A DNA stretch of 64,000 nucleotides from a virus (lineage: Duplodnaviria; Caudoviricetes). The stretch is taken from the IMG/VR virus record IMGVR_UViG_3300037067_022526, positions 32,001 through 96,000 of that record; one strand, written 5' to 3'. Below the pieces are notes generated by a model. It made no database searches and was not told the origin of the DNA. It was given only the letters and a program-made list of their open reading frames with translations. Every line of letters starts with the position of its first letter. Position 1 is the stretch's first letter. The position numbers were made by a program, and so were the translations under genes. Positions 20,492 to 29,834 of the stretch are shown here, in pieces.

Positions 20492-22390
20492 ATGTTTGAG
20501 AAAAAAGCAACATTTAGTTTAATAGAGATTGAAGCTCTTAACGTTCCAAAATTCAACGATGGATTATTTGTTGACCAAAACCTATCTTTAACTCCGGGTA
20601 TACTGGAATCTACGGTTAAAAAAATCAAAACCGCATCCAAACAGGCTAATTTTACTGTTGATGGCGATAATACAGAATTCGATTTAGAAGCAGAGATCAA
20701 ATCACATCCAAGTTCTCTATACGTTAAATGCTTTGCGATCAAAGCAGATGAGCCGAATGATAATGGCGATTATTTCAGTGAAGAAGAATTAAAGAAATCA
20801 TACGGAACTTTTGTTGGAGTGCCTGTATTTACAAACCACAACAATACAGATGCAGAGCAAGCAAGAGGAAAGGTAGTTCATTCTTGGTGGGATAACGATC
20901 GGAATGGTATCATGATCATTGCCAGAGTGGATTCAGAAGCCTATCCGCAATTAGCTCGCGGCATCAAAGAAAACTATATTATGTCTACAAGTATGGGAGC
21001 ATCTCGTGGACATGATTTGGTCAGTATGGCAGATGGATCTAAAAAACGAGTCGATGAATTGCAGGTTCATGATTTAGTTATAACTCATACTGGTAAAACC
21101 GAGGCAGTCTTTGCAATATGCAGAACACACCTACACGATAAACTTTATCATATCAAATGGGTAGGGAATCCTACAGGATTGGCACTTAGCCACGAGCATC
21201 CGGTTTTAATACTAAAAAAGAATCTTGTCAATACCGATCCTCACAGAAAATCCGGAGATAAAGATTCCATACCTGCTGAATTCGTTGAGGCGTCAAAAAT
21301 TGAAGGAGGTGATTACGTTCTGGAATTCATTAGTAATCACCAAAAGTCTGAAAAATTAAAATTCGATTCATTCTATTACAAAAAGTATATAGCACATAGG
21401 GTCGAAGAAGTTATTTGCATTAACAATGAGGAGCTGACTTATTATGTTCAAATAGGCGAGAATGATGACGAGAACAGCGATCATAGCTATATATTGAATG
21501 ATATAGCGACCCACAATTGCCAGGTTTTGTATAGTCTTTGTTCTATTTGCCACCAAAAAGCCGAGACACCTGAAAATTACTGCAGCCACATCAAGGACAG
21601 AAAGACTCGGAAAATTTCTGCGAAGAAAGTTACATGTCAATATCATAAAAGTGGTGGCGATGGACCGTGCCCAATTTGTGGTTGTGAAGAAGATGATCCG
21701 TCAAAATTTGAAGTCACCGATAAACAGGCATTCGAATATAACTATGGCATCAAATTTATAGAAAATTCATTTGTAGTTAACCCTGCTTGTCATGAATGCG
21801 GTGTAACAGAAGTTATCGATCCGCAAGTCTTTTTATCAAAGGCTGCTGACATACAACGCAGACTGCCAATTCTTTTAAAGTCGGCATCTCAAACGGAAAT
21901 AATGTGCTCAGATCGGGGATGTATTAAATTAGCTGGGCAAAAAGAGCTAGATAGCCTAGGACAAGCCCTTGACCTAATAACATCTGTGTCTCAGTCAATG
22001 TTGAGCCAAAAAGATATGCTCGATTTGGAATTTTTGAGTGATTTAGTTAAAGTTTTGGCTGATCTACAAGAAGTTATTGACGTTTTAACACAGCAAGGAT
22101 ATGGAAGGTTGGGTGAAAATTCCACATCTACGACAGAGACAGGAGAAAAAGTCCAAAATGCAGTTCAAACCCCTTCGACTCCTTCTCCGACACCCGGTAG
22201 GGTGTCTACGGGGCCAGCAGGCGAGGCCGGCACGGTAACATCACCTCTGGCATCTAAAAGACTAGATATGTCTAAAATATCTGGTTCGGTTTTGTTTCCG
22301 ACTAAAACACCAGAAATTGAAAACAAAATTGCACAAAATACAAAAAATCTTCTAAATTTGGCATTTAAAATTTCCAAAAAATCCAAATAG
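20492..22390 (+). CDS. Prohead (capsid maturation) protease with mini-intein and Cys-rich region
   Basis: NDNGDYF...VFTNH...RGKV...TSMG/C...CSIC fits HK97/assemblin-type His/Ser protease motifs; lies between portal and capsid genes. Confidence 0.75.
   Translation: MFEKKATFSLIEIEALNVPKFNDGLFVDQNLSLTPGILESTVKKIKTASKQANFTVDGDNTEFDLEAEIKSHPSSLYVKCFAIKADEPNDNGDYFSEEELKKSYGTFVGVPVFTNHNNTDAEQARGKVVHSWWDNDRNGIMIIARVDSEAYPQLARGIKENYIMSTSMGASRGHDLVSMADGSKKRVDELQVHDLVITHTGKTEAVFAICRTHLHDKLYHIKWVGNPTGLALSHEHPVLILKKNLVNTDPHRKSGDKDSIPAEFVEASKIEGGDYVLEFISNHQKSEKLKFDSFYYKKYIAHRVEEVICINNEELTYYVQIGENDDENSDHSYILNDIATHNCQVLYSLCSICHQKAETPENYCSHIKDRKTRKISAKKVTCQYHKSGGDGPCPICGCEEDDPSKFEVTDKQAFEYNYGIKFIENSFVVNPACHECGVTEVIDPQVFLSKAADIQRRLPILLKSASQTEIMCSDRGCIKLAGQKELDSLGQALDLITSVSQSMLSQKDMLDLEFLSDLVKVLADLQEVIDVLTQQGYGRLGENSTSTTETGEKVQNAVQTPSTPSPTPGRVSTGPAGEAGTVTSPLASKRLDMSKISGSVLFPTKTPEIENKIAQNTKNLLNLAFKISKKSK
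20999..21517 (+). mobile_element. Mini-intein (173 aa, Ala at position 1, no endonuclease)
   Basis: ASRGHDLVSMADG aligns with CFTPDNLVLMANG of intein 2; SHEHP block B; ends IATHN/C. Confidence 0.85.
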
Positions 22391-22554
22391 TCATCCCTTC
22401 ACGTCGGATTACACACATTTTATTAGAGGAATATTCCTTTGTTTTTTCGAATAGGAGAAACATATTGGAATATACTTCGACATACCATGTGACGAACATC
22501 TTACAGCAATTAGGTTGCTGCTTAAATTACAGTACATTTACAAGGAGATAGCAA

Positions 22555-25500
22555 ATGCTGGATGCCAAAACTAGACAAGCTCTTGCTGAAAAACTTCAGG
22601 GGCACATCAAGAAGGCGAGTTCGAATGTCTCTACAAAAGTAGAAGCCGAAAGAGGTGATTATAAGATAGTTTTAACTGCTGACAAAATTACCCAACTATA
22701 TAAAGGACAAACAGTTGGGACTATACGAGTTGCCGAACTAGATGAAGACACAATTGGATACATTAACTCCAATCCCGATGAATCAGCAAGAACAATGTTG
22801 GATGGTTTCCGAGAGAATTTTGATATTGATGAATTTGAGAAAACAGCAGCACATTCCACGCAAAACGAAGATACATATCAAAAGGTAACCCAAAAACAGC
22901 TCGATGACCAAAAAATTACTCTGCACCCACGAACTGATGAACATTACAAAAACATAACCCAAAAACAGATTCCAGAACATGGTCAGCGTCCAGGAACGTA
23001 TGAATATACCACAGAAGCACAATTAAGGGAAGAGCGCGAAACTTTTTATGGAGCTTCCAGAACCAGTGGTGATTGGAAACAGGAAGACCGGAACGTTGTA
23101 ACCGAAGGGCAGTTCGATGAAGGTGTGAATACTTATAGTGATATCGGGGAGACCAACAGAGGTGAAATAGGCGCGAATTATGACGGTGGCTTAGATAAGC
23201 AGTGGAAGCAAATTGGCGAAAAACAGCTCATGGAGTTGCTTAAGAGCCATGAATGGACTGAACCATTAACAATCACAGAAGGCAAAGACCAGCTAAGCAA
23301 GCAGGATGGCGAATTAGCGCGGCTTACGGCTGAAGTAGCAAATAATATTGTTAAGGAATCTTTAAATACTTTAGGCAAGACAGTTCTGGCGGCAGGGATT
23401 ACACCCAAAGAGTTGGCCGGAATTGTTCAAAGGCTTATTTCGCATGAAAGTAAATACAGCGTTTTGGCAAATGTTATCGCCAATTATAAACCATCCGATG
23501 TGGCAGCGATTAATCGCAAAGTTGCCAAAGCACAAGTATTTGGCAAGACCGCAAATACTGGTGCCGATTGGTCACCATACTTGGCTGCGGATGTTTTGAT
23601 TCGGCAGCTGTCAAAACTAGCATATGCTCCACAGTATATCGTGGACGGGCTAGTAGCACTATCAGAACAGGACCTTGAAGGAAAGATATCAGAGGCGTGC
23701 GAGCATTGTTTAAACGCCAAAGAAGAGGACAAGAAGGCAAATTCAAGTGTTGATATATTTCGCAAGGTTATCGCAGAGCCAGTAAAACCCACCAAAGATG
23801 TTACAGTTGGCGACGATTCCGACGGTATGTATGCCTATAAAGGGCTAATTTCAGAAGTGTCCGCAAGCACAAGTGATCGGAAGAAGTTTGCAGATGCAGC
23901 AGCCACATTGGCCAAAGCCAAAGTTGCAGAAACCACTGGAAAAGAGTTAGAGTTGATTCCGCAGTCTATTGATGTCAATGAAGATGACGGACATTTTGAG
24001 GTCATCCTGATTGACGCGAAGAAAAACGAAGAAACCCTAAAAGTACGAGCCGAGAAGCGACGTACTATGGTTAAGGAAGCCCAGATGGGAGGAGCTGGCG
24101 GAATGCCTCCGGCTGCTGGCCCAGAAATGGGAAATCCAGCCGCGCCTCCGGGCGGCGGTGATATGGGTATGCCACCTCCTGGTGAAGCTTTGTCACAGGC
24201 TCCTCCTGCTGAAACACCAGATGTAGAAGAGACCACAGGCGAGCCGCAACCTCCGGGTTCTGTTTGTCCGGTTTGTGGGTCGAATGATGTTGACGTAGAT
24301 AATGGTGAATTTCGATGCAATAATTGCGGCGGTGAAGGCAATATCTCTGTCCGCATGGAAGTTTCCAAGTGGCCAGAGACCATACAGGAAACCGAAGAAC
24401 AAGGCGATGAGGGATTCGGACTCGGGGCAGAAGAAGAATCTTCTGCCGCAGCCAGTGAAGAGGGGCTTGGTGGTGAAGGTGGTCCAATGGGTGGCGAAGG
24501 TGAAGGAGCCACATTACCCAATGTCCCCGTTGGGGCGTCTGTTAAGGTTCGAGACATTTTGAAGAAAACGGCTCAATCCAATTTAAATCCATATTTAGCC
24601 TCTGTCGTGAGAATTACACCTGTAGTTTTGGAGAAGATTAAAGCCGAAAATATTAAGATTGGTAGCGTTTGTCCCAATTGTGGTGGACATAATACCGATC
24701 TATTAAAGTCAGAATTTCGCAAAGGTCAGGATGGCATTTGTTGGGATTGCTTGCAGGAATATAACATGCAAGTTCGTTCTGCGAAGAACCAGAAACATAG
24801 AGTTTATGCTCAGTATGTCTGGAAGCCAAACAAGATAGCAGAGTCAGAGTGTGATGGGTGCAACCGGTTAAAGGCTGCATTTATCCAGTCTTTGGAAAAC
24901 TATGGAATTAATTGGAATAAATTTGCTAATACACGAACAGTAAAAGAACAGGGCGATATTATTCTTAAGATGGCAAAAGCCGGTGCTCTCGATTTGTCTG
25001 ATGGCCTCAAAGCCACATTGCCACTAGAGAAAGTCGCAGCCAGCCCACGGTGGAAGGGATATGACAAACTTGACAAATTCCCATCCTCTTCGTGCTTGGA
25101 GCGAATATCTCGTAGATTTGGCGAAAATGCCACATCCATGAGTGGTCCATGCCAGGGCAAACCACTGGCAGAGTGTGTATGTGGACAATTGGAACAGCTA
25201 AAAATTTATTCCGATGGTCTTGCTGCCAAAGTGGCATCAACATATATGAGCAACGATCCTATGATTCATAGTCCAGTTAAAACGTGTATTGCTATGTTTG
25301 TAAAGGATGATTACAACTTTGATGATGCCTGCACAATCTGTGAAGGTCTGCGGGCAGCTCATGCAAGCATAGAAGATTTGGTGATAGAAGCAATTGCTCA
25401 AATTGGTCCATCGCCAAGACTCAAAATGCCTAAACCAATGGCTCCCAAGCCAATGGCTCCTAAACCAATGGATATGAGCACTCCGACAGCAAAGCCGATG

Positions 25501-27945
25501 GGTATGCCAGGTGGTAATGCTGCACCAGTAGGGCCAAAGCCAATGCCCGCACCAACCAAACCGATGGGTATGGATGGCGGATCGCCAATGTCTCCCAAGC
25601 CAATGGATTTGGAAAATGATATTCCCGATCCAATGGACGAGCCTGTAAGTGAAGACCCAATGATCGAGAGTGACCCAACAGGTGGTGCGTCTCCAATTGA
25701 AGATGCAACAAGTATTGGAGATGACTTATCGGGCGGGGAGGAATTTTCCGATGATTTCGGAACCGATGATATCGATCTAGGATTCGGTGGCGCAGGCGAA
25801 GGCGACATGGGAATGGGAGAAACAGTAACCCTCGAAATACCCGCCGAAGCAGTCGATGCTATTCAAACCTTATTTGATGCATTGCAGGGTCAAATAGGTG
25901 CCGTAGACACAACTGGTGACTTAGATATGGGAGAAGTAGGCGACATCGGAGAGCCAGATTTGGGTCTTGAAAACGGTGGCGACGAAATTCCAGGGATCGA
26001 GGAAACTGAAGATTCTGGAATTCCAGGATTAATGGAAGATCAGGGCGAGGAAATACCGGGTGTTGAGGATGATTCAGTTGAACACGAAGAGTCCGAAACT
26101 CCCGCAGAAGAGATAGAAGAGCATTTGCCAGGCGGCGAAGAATCTGGTGATACCGAATCAGAGACAGAAGCAGATGAAGGTTCTGATAAACCAGATTTCC
26201 TCAAAGGCGATGATGATACCGATGACGATGGTGACGATGATGGACCAGATGGTGGTGGTGGTAAGCCAGTTATCAAGAAGCACACCGAGGATAAGGGATG
26301 TGCAGCACCAATGTGTCAGAAATCCGAAAGCGAAGAAGGACAGGAAAAGGTTGCTTCTCTGGACAGATTCCTAAGTGGAATGAAAACCGGAACCATGAAG
26401 CGGACTCAAGATGCTCTTGACAGCCTTTTTGATGGGATTATACGACAAGCAGAACTTGGCAAAGAAGCCAAAGAAGCAGATGATGTCAAAAAGGTAGAAT
26501 ATAAGGAAAATAAGGAGGGTGATAAAGTTAAGGTTAAACCCGCCCAGGATGCCGAAGGCATTGGTAAAATACAAGATAAAGGCAAAATAGGGCACGAAGA
26601 AAAATTCGATGCCAAAAAGCCAGATGTGCCCCGTGAAAAGCAATTGCTTGGAGACGAGGGTAAAGATATGGGAGTTAGTGAGTCGGAGGATTTGCCAACA
26701 GTGCCTCATGGCGGTTCCCTAATGGACGGGGAAGAACACTACAAGCCAGAACAAGGCAACGTACTTGATGGGAATCAAGGTGGCAAGAAAGCGTCTTCGA
26801 AGTCTAATGTTAAAATAGCAGCCGCATCATGTAAATGCGGAAATCCAGTTTGCAAATGCAAATGCAAAGAAGGCGGGGAATGCACCTGCAAGCCAAACAA
26901 GGAAGCAAAGAAGCAGAAAGGTGTAACTTACGAAGGCAAGCATTATGATACAAATCCTTGGGCCGTTTGCCATACTACCGTGGACAAAAAGGAAGATCCA
27001 GATAAGTATGAGCGGTGTGTCCAAGATGTCAAAGAAAAATCCGCAGATATGCCCAAAAAGGAGAAAGATATGGCTCAAGCAGAGAGCAACAAAAATGTAA
27101 AAACTGCCAAGGTTTGGACGATAGCCGAAGGGCACAAACACTATAGTGCTCTCTCGAAGAAAGCCGCATCTGGACAGACCACAGTTAAGCTACAGGACGG
27201 AATAACATACTCGTTAATGCGAGATCAAAATCAGAATTTTATACTGATTGCACAAAATTCTGATGAAATAATAAAGGAATCACAGACAGTTACGGTGAAT
27301 AGAGTAAAAAGTCTAGAAGATGATCCTGATATTAACCAATCTTCTGGGCCAGGAAAAGGCAAGGTTAAAGGTAACCAAACGCACAGCCTTGCAGTTGATG
27401 AAAAGAAGCCGAGCGAAGGAATGAGTGAACCATCGATACCGGAAGCACCTGATGGTGGACAATTAAAACGAGAACACACTTACGACAATAAACTCGATAT
27501 GCCAGAGATTCCAGCAGGTGGTGGAATGAATTCCGAATACGACAAGAATGAGAAGAATACCCCTGAAAAACAGGATCAAATGCTAGGAAAGAATAACGAA
27601 ACATACGCAACAGATGACAGTGAGGCCATTAAATTAGCATCAAGATTAGCAAAAGCAAACTTGATCACACTTGACGAAATACCCGATAAGGTTGCAATGT
27701 TCAGACGCTTTACACCAGAACAAATGAAAGACTACGAAGATCTTTTGAAGAAAGCAAGTACGAGCAAGGGAATGCAAAAGGAAGCGTCAGTACCAGATAC
27801 TGAAGTTCCAAATATGACCAAGAGCCCCACTGAGAGTGAACCAACTCTTCAAGAAGGCATCCAGTCATTGTTTAAACTAGAACAAAGAAACAAAGATTAT
27901 GAGCGCTATTCTAGTGAAAGAGGCGATCATCGATTGTTTCACTAA
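22555..27945 (+). CDS. Giant acidic scaffold/inner-head protein with Zn ribbons
   Basis: 1796 aa, low complexity (KPM repeats, D/E tracts), CxxC pairs, many KxA(S/Q/A) motifs; lies between protease and capsid genes. Confidence 0.6.
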   Translation: MLDAKTRQALAEKLQGHIKKASSNVSTKVEAERGDYKIVLTADKITQLYKGQTVGTIRVAELDEDTIGYINSNPDESARTMLDGFRENFDIDEFEKTAAHSTQNEDTYQKVTQKQLDDQKITLHPRTDEHYKNITQKQIPEHGQRPGTYEYTTEAQLREERETFYGASRTSGDWKQEDRNVVTEGQFDEGVNTYSDIGETNRGEIGANYDGGLDKQWKQIGEKQLMELLKSHEWTEPLTITEGKDQLSKQDGELARLTAEVANNIVKESLNTLGKTVLAAGITPKELAGIVQRLISHESKYSVLANVIANYKPSDVAAINRKVAKAQVFGKTANTGADWSPYLAADVLIRQLSKLAYAPQYIVDGLVALSEQDLEGKISEACEHCLNAKEEDKKANSSVDIFRKVIAEPVKPTKDVTVGDDSDGMYAYKGLISEVSASTSDRKKFADAAATLAKAKVAETTGKELELIPQSIDVNEDDGHFEVILIDAKKNEETLKVRAEKRRTMVKEAQMGGAGGMPPAAGPEMGNPAAPPGGGDMGMPPPGEALSQAPPAETPDVEETTGEPQPPGSVCPVCGSNDVDVDNGEFRCNNCGGEGNISVRMEVSKWPETIQETEEQGDEGFGLGAEEESSAAASEEGLGGEGGPMGGEGEGATLPNVPVGASVKVRDILKKTAQSNLNPYLASVVRITPVVLEKIKAENIKIGSVCPNCGGHNTDLLKSEFRKGQDGICWDCLQEYNMQVRSAKNQKHRVYAQYVWKPNKIAESECDGCNRLKAAFIQSLENYGINWNKFANTRTVKEQGDIILKMAKAGALDLSDGLKATLPLEKVAASPRWKGYDKLDKFPSSSCLERISRRFGENATSMSGPCQGKPLAECVCGQLEQLKIYSDGLAAKVASTYMSNDPMIHSPVKTCIAMFVKDDYNFDDACTICEGLRAAHASIEDLVIEAIAQIGPSPRLKMPKPMAPKPMAPKPMDMSTPTAKPMGMPGGNAAPVGPKPMPAPTKPMGMDGGSPMSPKPMDLENDIPDPMDEPVSEDPMIESDPTGGASPIEDATSIGDDLSGGEEFSDDFGTDDIDLGFGGAGEGDMGMGETVTLEIPAEAVDAIQTLFDALQGQIGAVDTTGDLDMGEVGDIGEPDLGLENGGDEIPGIEETEDSGIPGLMEDQGEEIPGVEDDSVEHEESETPAEEIEEHLPGGEESGDTESETEADEGSDKPDFLKGDDDTDDDGDDDGPDGGGGKPVIKKHTEDKGCAAPMCQKSESEEGQEKVASLDRFLSGMKTGTMKRTQDALDSLFDGIIRQAELGKEAKEADDVKKVEYKENKEGDKVKVKPAQDAEGIGKIQDKGKIGHEEKFDAKKPDVPREKQLLGDEGKDMGVSESEDLPTVPHGGSLMDGEEHYKPEQGNVLDGNQGGKKASSKSNVKIAAASCKCGNPVCKCKCKEGGECTCKPNKEAKKQKGVTYEGKHYDTNPWAVCHTTVDKKEDPDKYERCVQDVKEKSADMPKKEKDMAQAESNKNVKTAKVWTIAEGHKHYSALSKKAASGQTTVKLQDGITYSLMRDQNQNFILIAQNSDEIIKESQTVTVNRVKSLEDDPDINQSSGPGKGKVKGNQTHSLAVDEKKPSEGMSEPSIPEAPDGGQLKREHTYDNKLDMPEIPAGGGMNSEYDKNEKNTPEKQDQMLGKNNETYATDDSEAIKLASRLAKANLITLDEIPDKVAMFRRFTPEQMKDYEDLLKKASTSKGMQKEASVPDTEVPNMTKSPTESEPTLQEGIQSLFKLEQRNKDYERYSSERGDHRLFH

Positions 27946-28020
27946 TAGTTTCTCGTAGTTAGAGACTATATGCCTTCCCCCAAAAAGGGAAGTGAATCAT
28001 AATAAACAAGGAGATAATAA

Positions 28021-28701
28021 ATGGCTCTTATAGAAGTATACCATGTTGTAGCGTCTAATCTTCCAATAGATCCAGATGTAACAACAGACATACCACAAGG
28101 TAGTATTATTGGTTTGAATCACGATGCCAATGTGGTTTTTGCCGATGCGGCTGCTGCCGTTAATGTACTACCTATCGGTATCGCCGGCGATTCTCGTTCG
28201 ACCGGAACCTCTTATACTCCTGAGTCTGGCTCTTCTCTGACTCGTGTGCCTGCGGTTCAAACCGATGGTGCCTTAATTATGGGTGCTTATGGTGCTGCAA
28301 GCAGACGCACACAAAACAGAGTAGCCGATCAGGGCAACGAGGTTCTTGCTAGTTGCAAGATGACTTGTTATCACTCAGGCGGTGAGTTCTGGACAGATCA
28401 GTATGAATTAGTCCAGGCCAATGCACACGACCTATGCGAGTATGTTCCGGGCGAACTACTGTACTGCTCGGCATCCGATGAGACCGTTGGCGCCGAAGAA
28501 GCCGCAGCTGGCGAAACAGCAGCTCGCGCAGGACGATTTACCGATAACCCTGTCACCAACTTTATTGTTGGTATGACAGTTCAAACACCGACTGCGTATC
28601 CAAGCGGTGTTCCAGGAACAGATGTAGGATTTACCGCTTTGCCAGAGGGTGGAAACTCTTTGTCCTACGGCACATTTCTACATGCCAAACTAACCCTATA
28701 A
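28021..28701 (+). CDS. Putative capsid decoration/cement protein
   Basis: 226 aa, Gly/Ala/Val-rich, strong RBS, directly before the capsid gene. Confidence 0.55.
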   Translation: MALIEVYHVVASNLPIDPDVTTDIPQGSIIGLNHDANVVFADAAAAVNVLPIGIAGDSRSTGTSYTPESGSSLTRVPAVQTDGALIMGAYGAASRRTQNRVADQGNEVLASCKMTCYHSGGEFWTDQYELVQANAHDLCEYVPGELLYCSASDETVGAEEAAAGETAARAGRFTDNPVTNFIVGMTVQTPTAYPSGVPGTDVGFTALPEGGNSLSYGTFLHAKLTL

Positions 28702-28776
28702 GGTTAGTCGATAGAAATAGTAATTGGTCTATTATATATCTTTAGATTCTAATAGACAGATAAAGGAGTTAATTAA

Positions 28777-29646
28777 ATGTTAGACAAGACAAAACTTACT
28801 AATGCCCAGAAAGAGGCAATCATAGCCCAGGCATTGAACACTGACGAGGGTAGAGTTGCTCTAGCGCAAGCTATGGTCGAGCCTATTCGTCGGTCCCTGG
28901 AATACCAGGCGGTAGGACGCAAGCTCCTGTTGGTAGACGAGCTACCCCAGGGTGCTTTGGCCCGTTACGAGCGCGACGTGAGCGCAATTGGCCATATAGT
29001 TGCTCGCCGTGGTGCTGTGCCCGATCAGATTCAGGAAGGTGAAGAAATTCTCGTTCCGACATTCGAAATCGCTGCAAATCCACAGGTTCGTTTGTCTGAG
29101 ATTAAGGCTCGCCGGTTTTACATTGTAGACAGAGCCCAGATCAAAGCCAAAGAAGCAATCCAGAAAGAGGAAGATGCGAACATCTTCTCGGCTCTAATTG
29201 CTGCTGTGGATACCCGTGGTGATCAGATTGTGACCAACTTTGGTTCGCTATCTCCTGCTTCACTTAATACTGCTTTCCGCTTTATTGAGCAGCACGACCT
29301 AGTTGCAACCAAGATCGTCGTTCATGCCAACCAGTATGCGGGTATCCGTGTATTTGGCAAGGACTTCTATGACGAAGCAAGCACTCGCGAGATTCTCACC
29401 AGTGGTTTGTTCGGTCACTTGTGGACGGCAGATATCCACGTTTCAAGCAAAATGGATCCTGATGTAGTGTTGGTAGTAGCATCTCCTGACACAGTCGGGG
29501 CTTTTCCAATTCGCCAGGATATAACAGTTTTGCCTGCAGACGATCCAAAGAAATTGCGGCTCGGCTGGGTTATTTATGAGGAAGTAGGAATTGTGGTAGT
29601 CAACGACTACGCAGTGAGCAAGATCGAAGTTGGTCTAGCTACCTAA
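28777..29646 (+). CDS. Major capsid protein (HK97 fold)
   Basis: LAQAMVEPIRRSLEYQAVGRKLLLVDELPQG...PTFEIAANP...LGWVIYEEVG; strong RBS; followed by a terminator. Confidence 0.85.
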   Translation: MLDKTKLTNAQKEAIIAQALNTDEGRVALAQAMVEPIRRSLEYQAVGRKLLLVDELPQGALARYERDVSAIGHIVARRGAVPDQIQEGEEILVPTFEIAANPQVRLSEIKARRFYIVDRAQIKAKEAIQKEEDANIFSALIAAVDTRGDQIVTNFGSLSPASLNTAFRFIEQHDLVATKIVVHANQYAGIRVFGKDFYDEASTREILTSGLFGHLWTADIHVSSKMDPDVVLVVASPDTVGAFPIRQDITVLPADDPKKLRLGWVIYEEVGIVVVNDYAVSKIEVGLAT

Positions 29647-29681
29647 TCCTAACCTAACGTAGTCAGTAATAAGTAGTTATG

Positions 29682-29724
29682 AAGGGTGTAGCATTTTAAA
29701 GGGTGCTACACCCTTTTATTTTTT
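29682..29724 (+). terminator. Rho-independent terminator
   Basis: AAGGGTGTAGCA-loop-TGCTACACCCTT followed by a T-rich tract. Confidence 0.85.
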
Positions 29725-29834
29725 CAAAATTATTTCTTCATAGATGATATTACCTTGTATAATGTATTATGAAGCAGTGCTAAAATGTATATACATTGGC
29801 ATTTGCTGGTATTGTATATACAATTGGAGATAGT

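Noticed and set aside
23835-26285. Long antisense ORFs within the 1796-aa gene
   Set aside because: Shadow frames of low-complexity coding sequence
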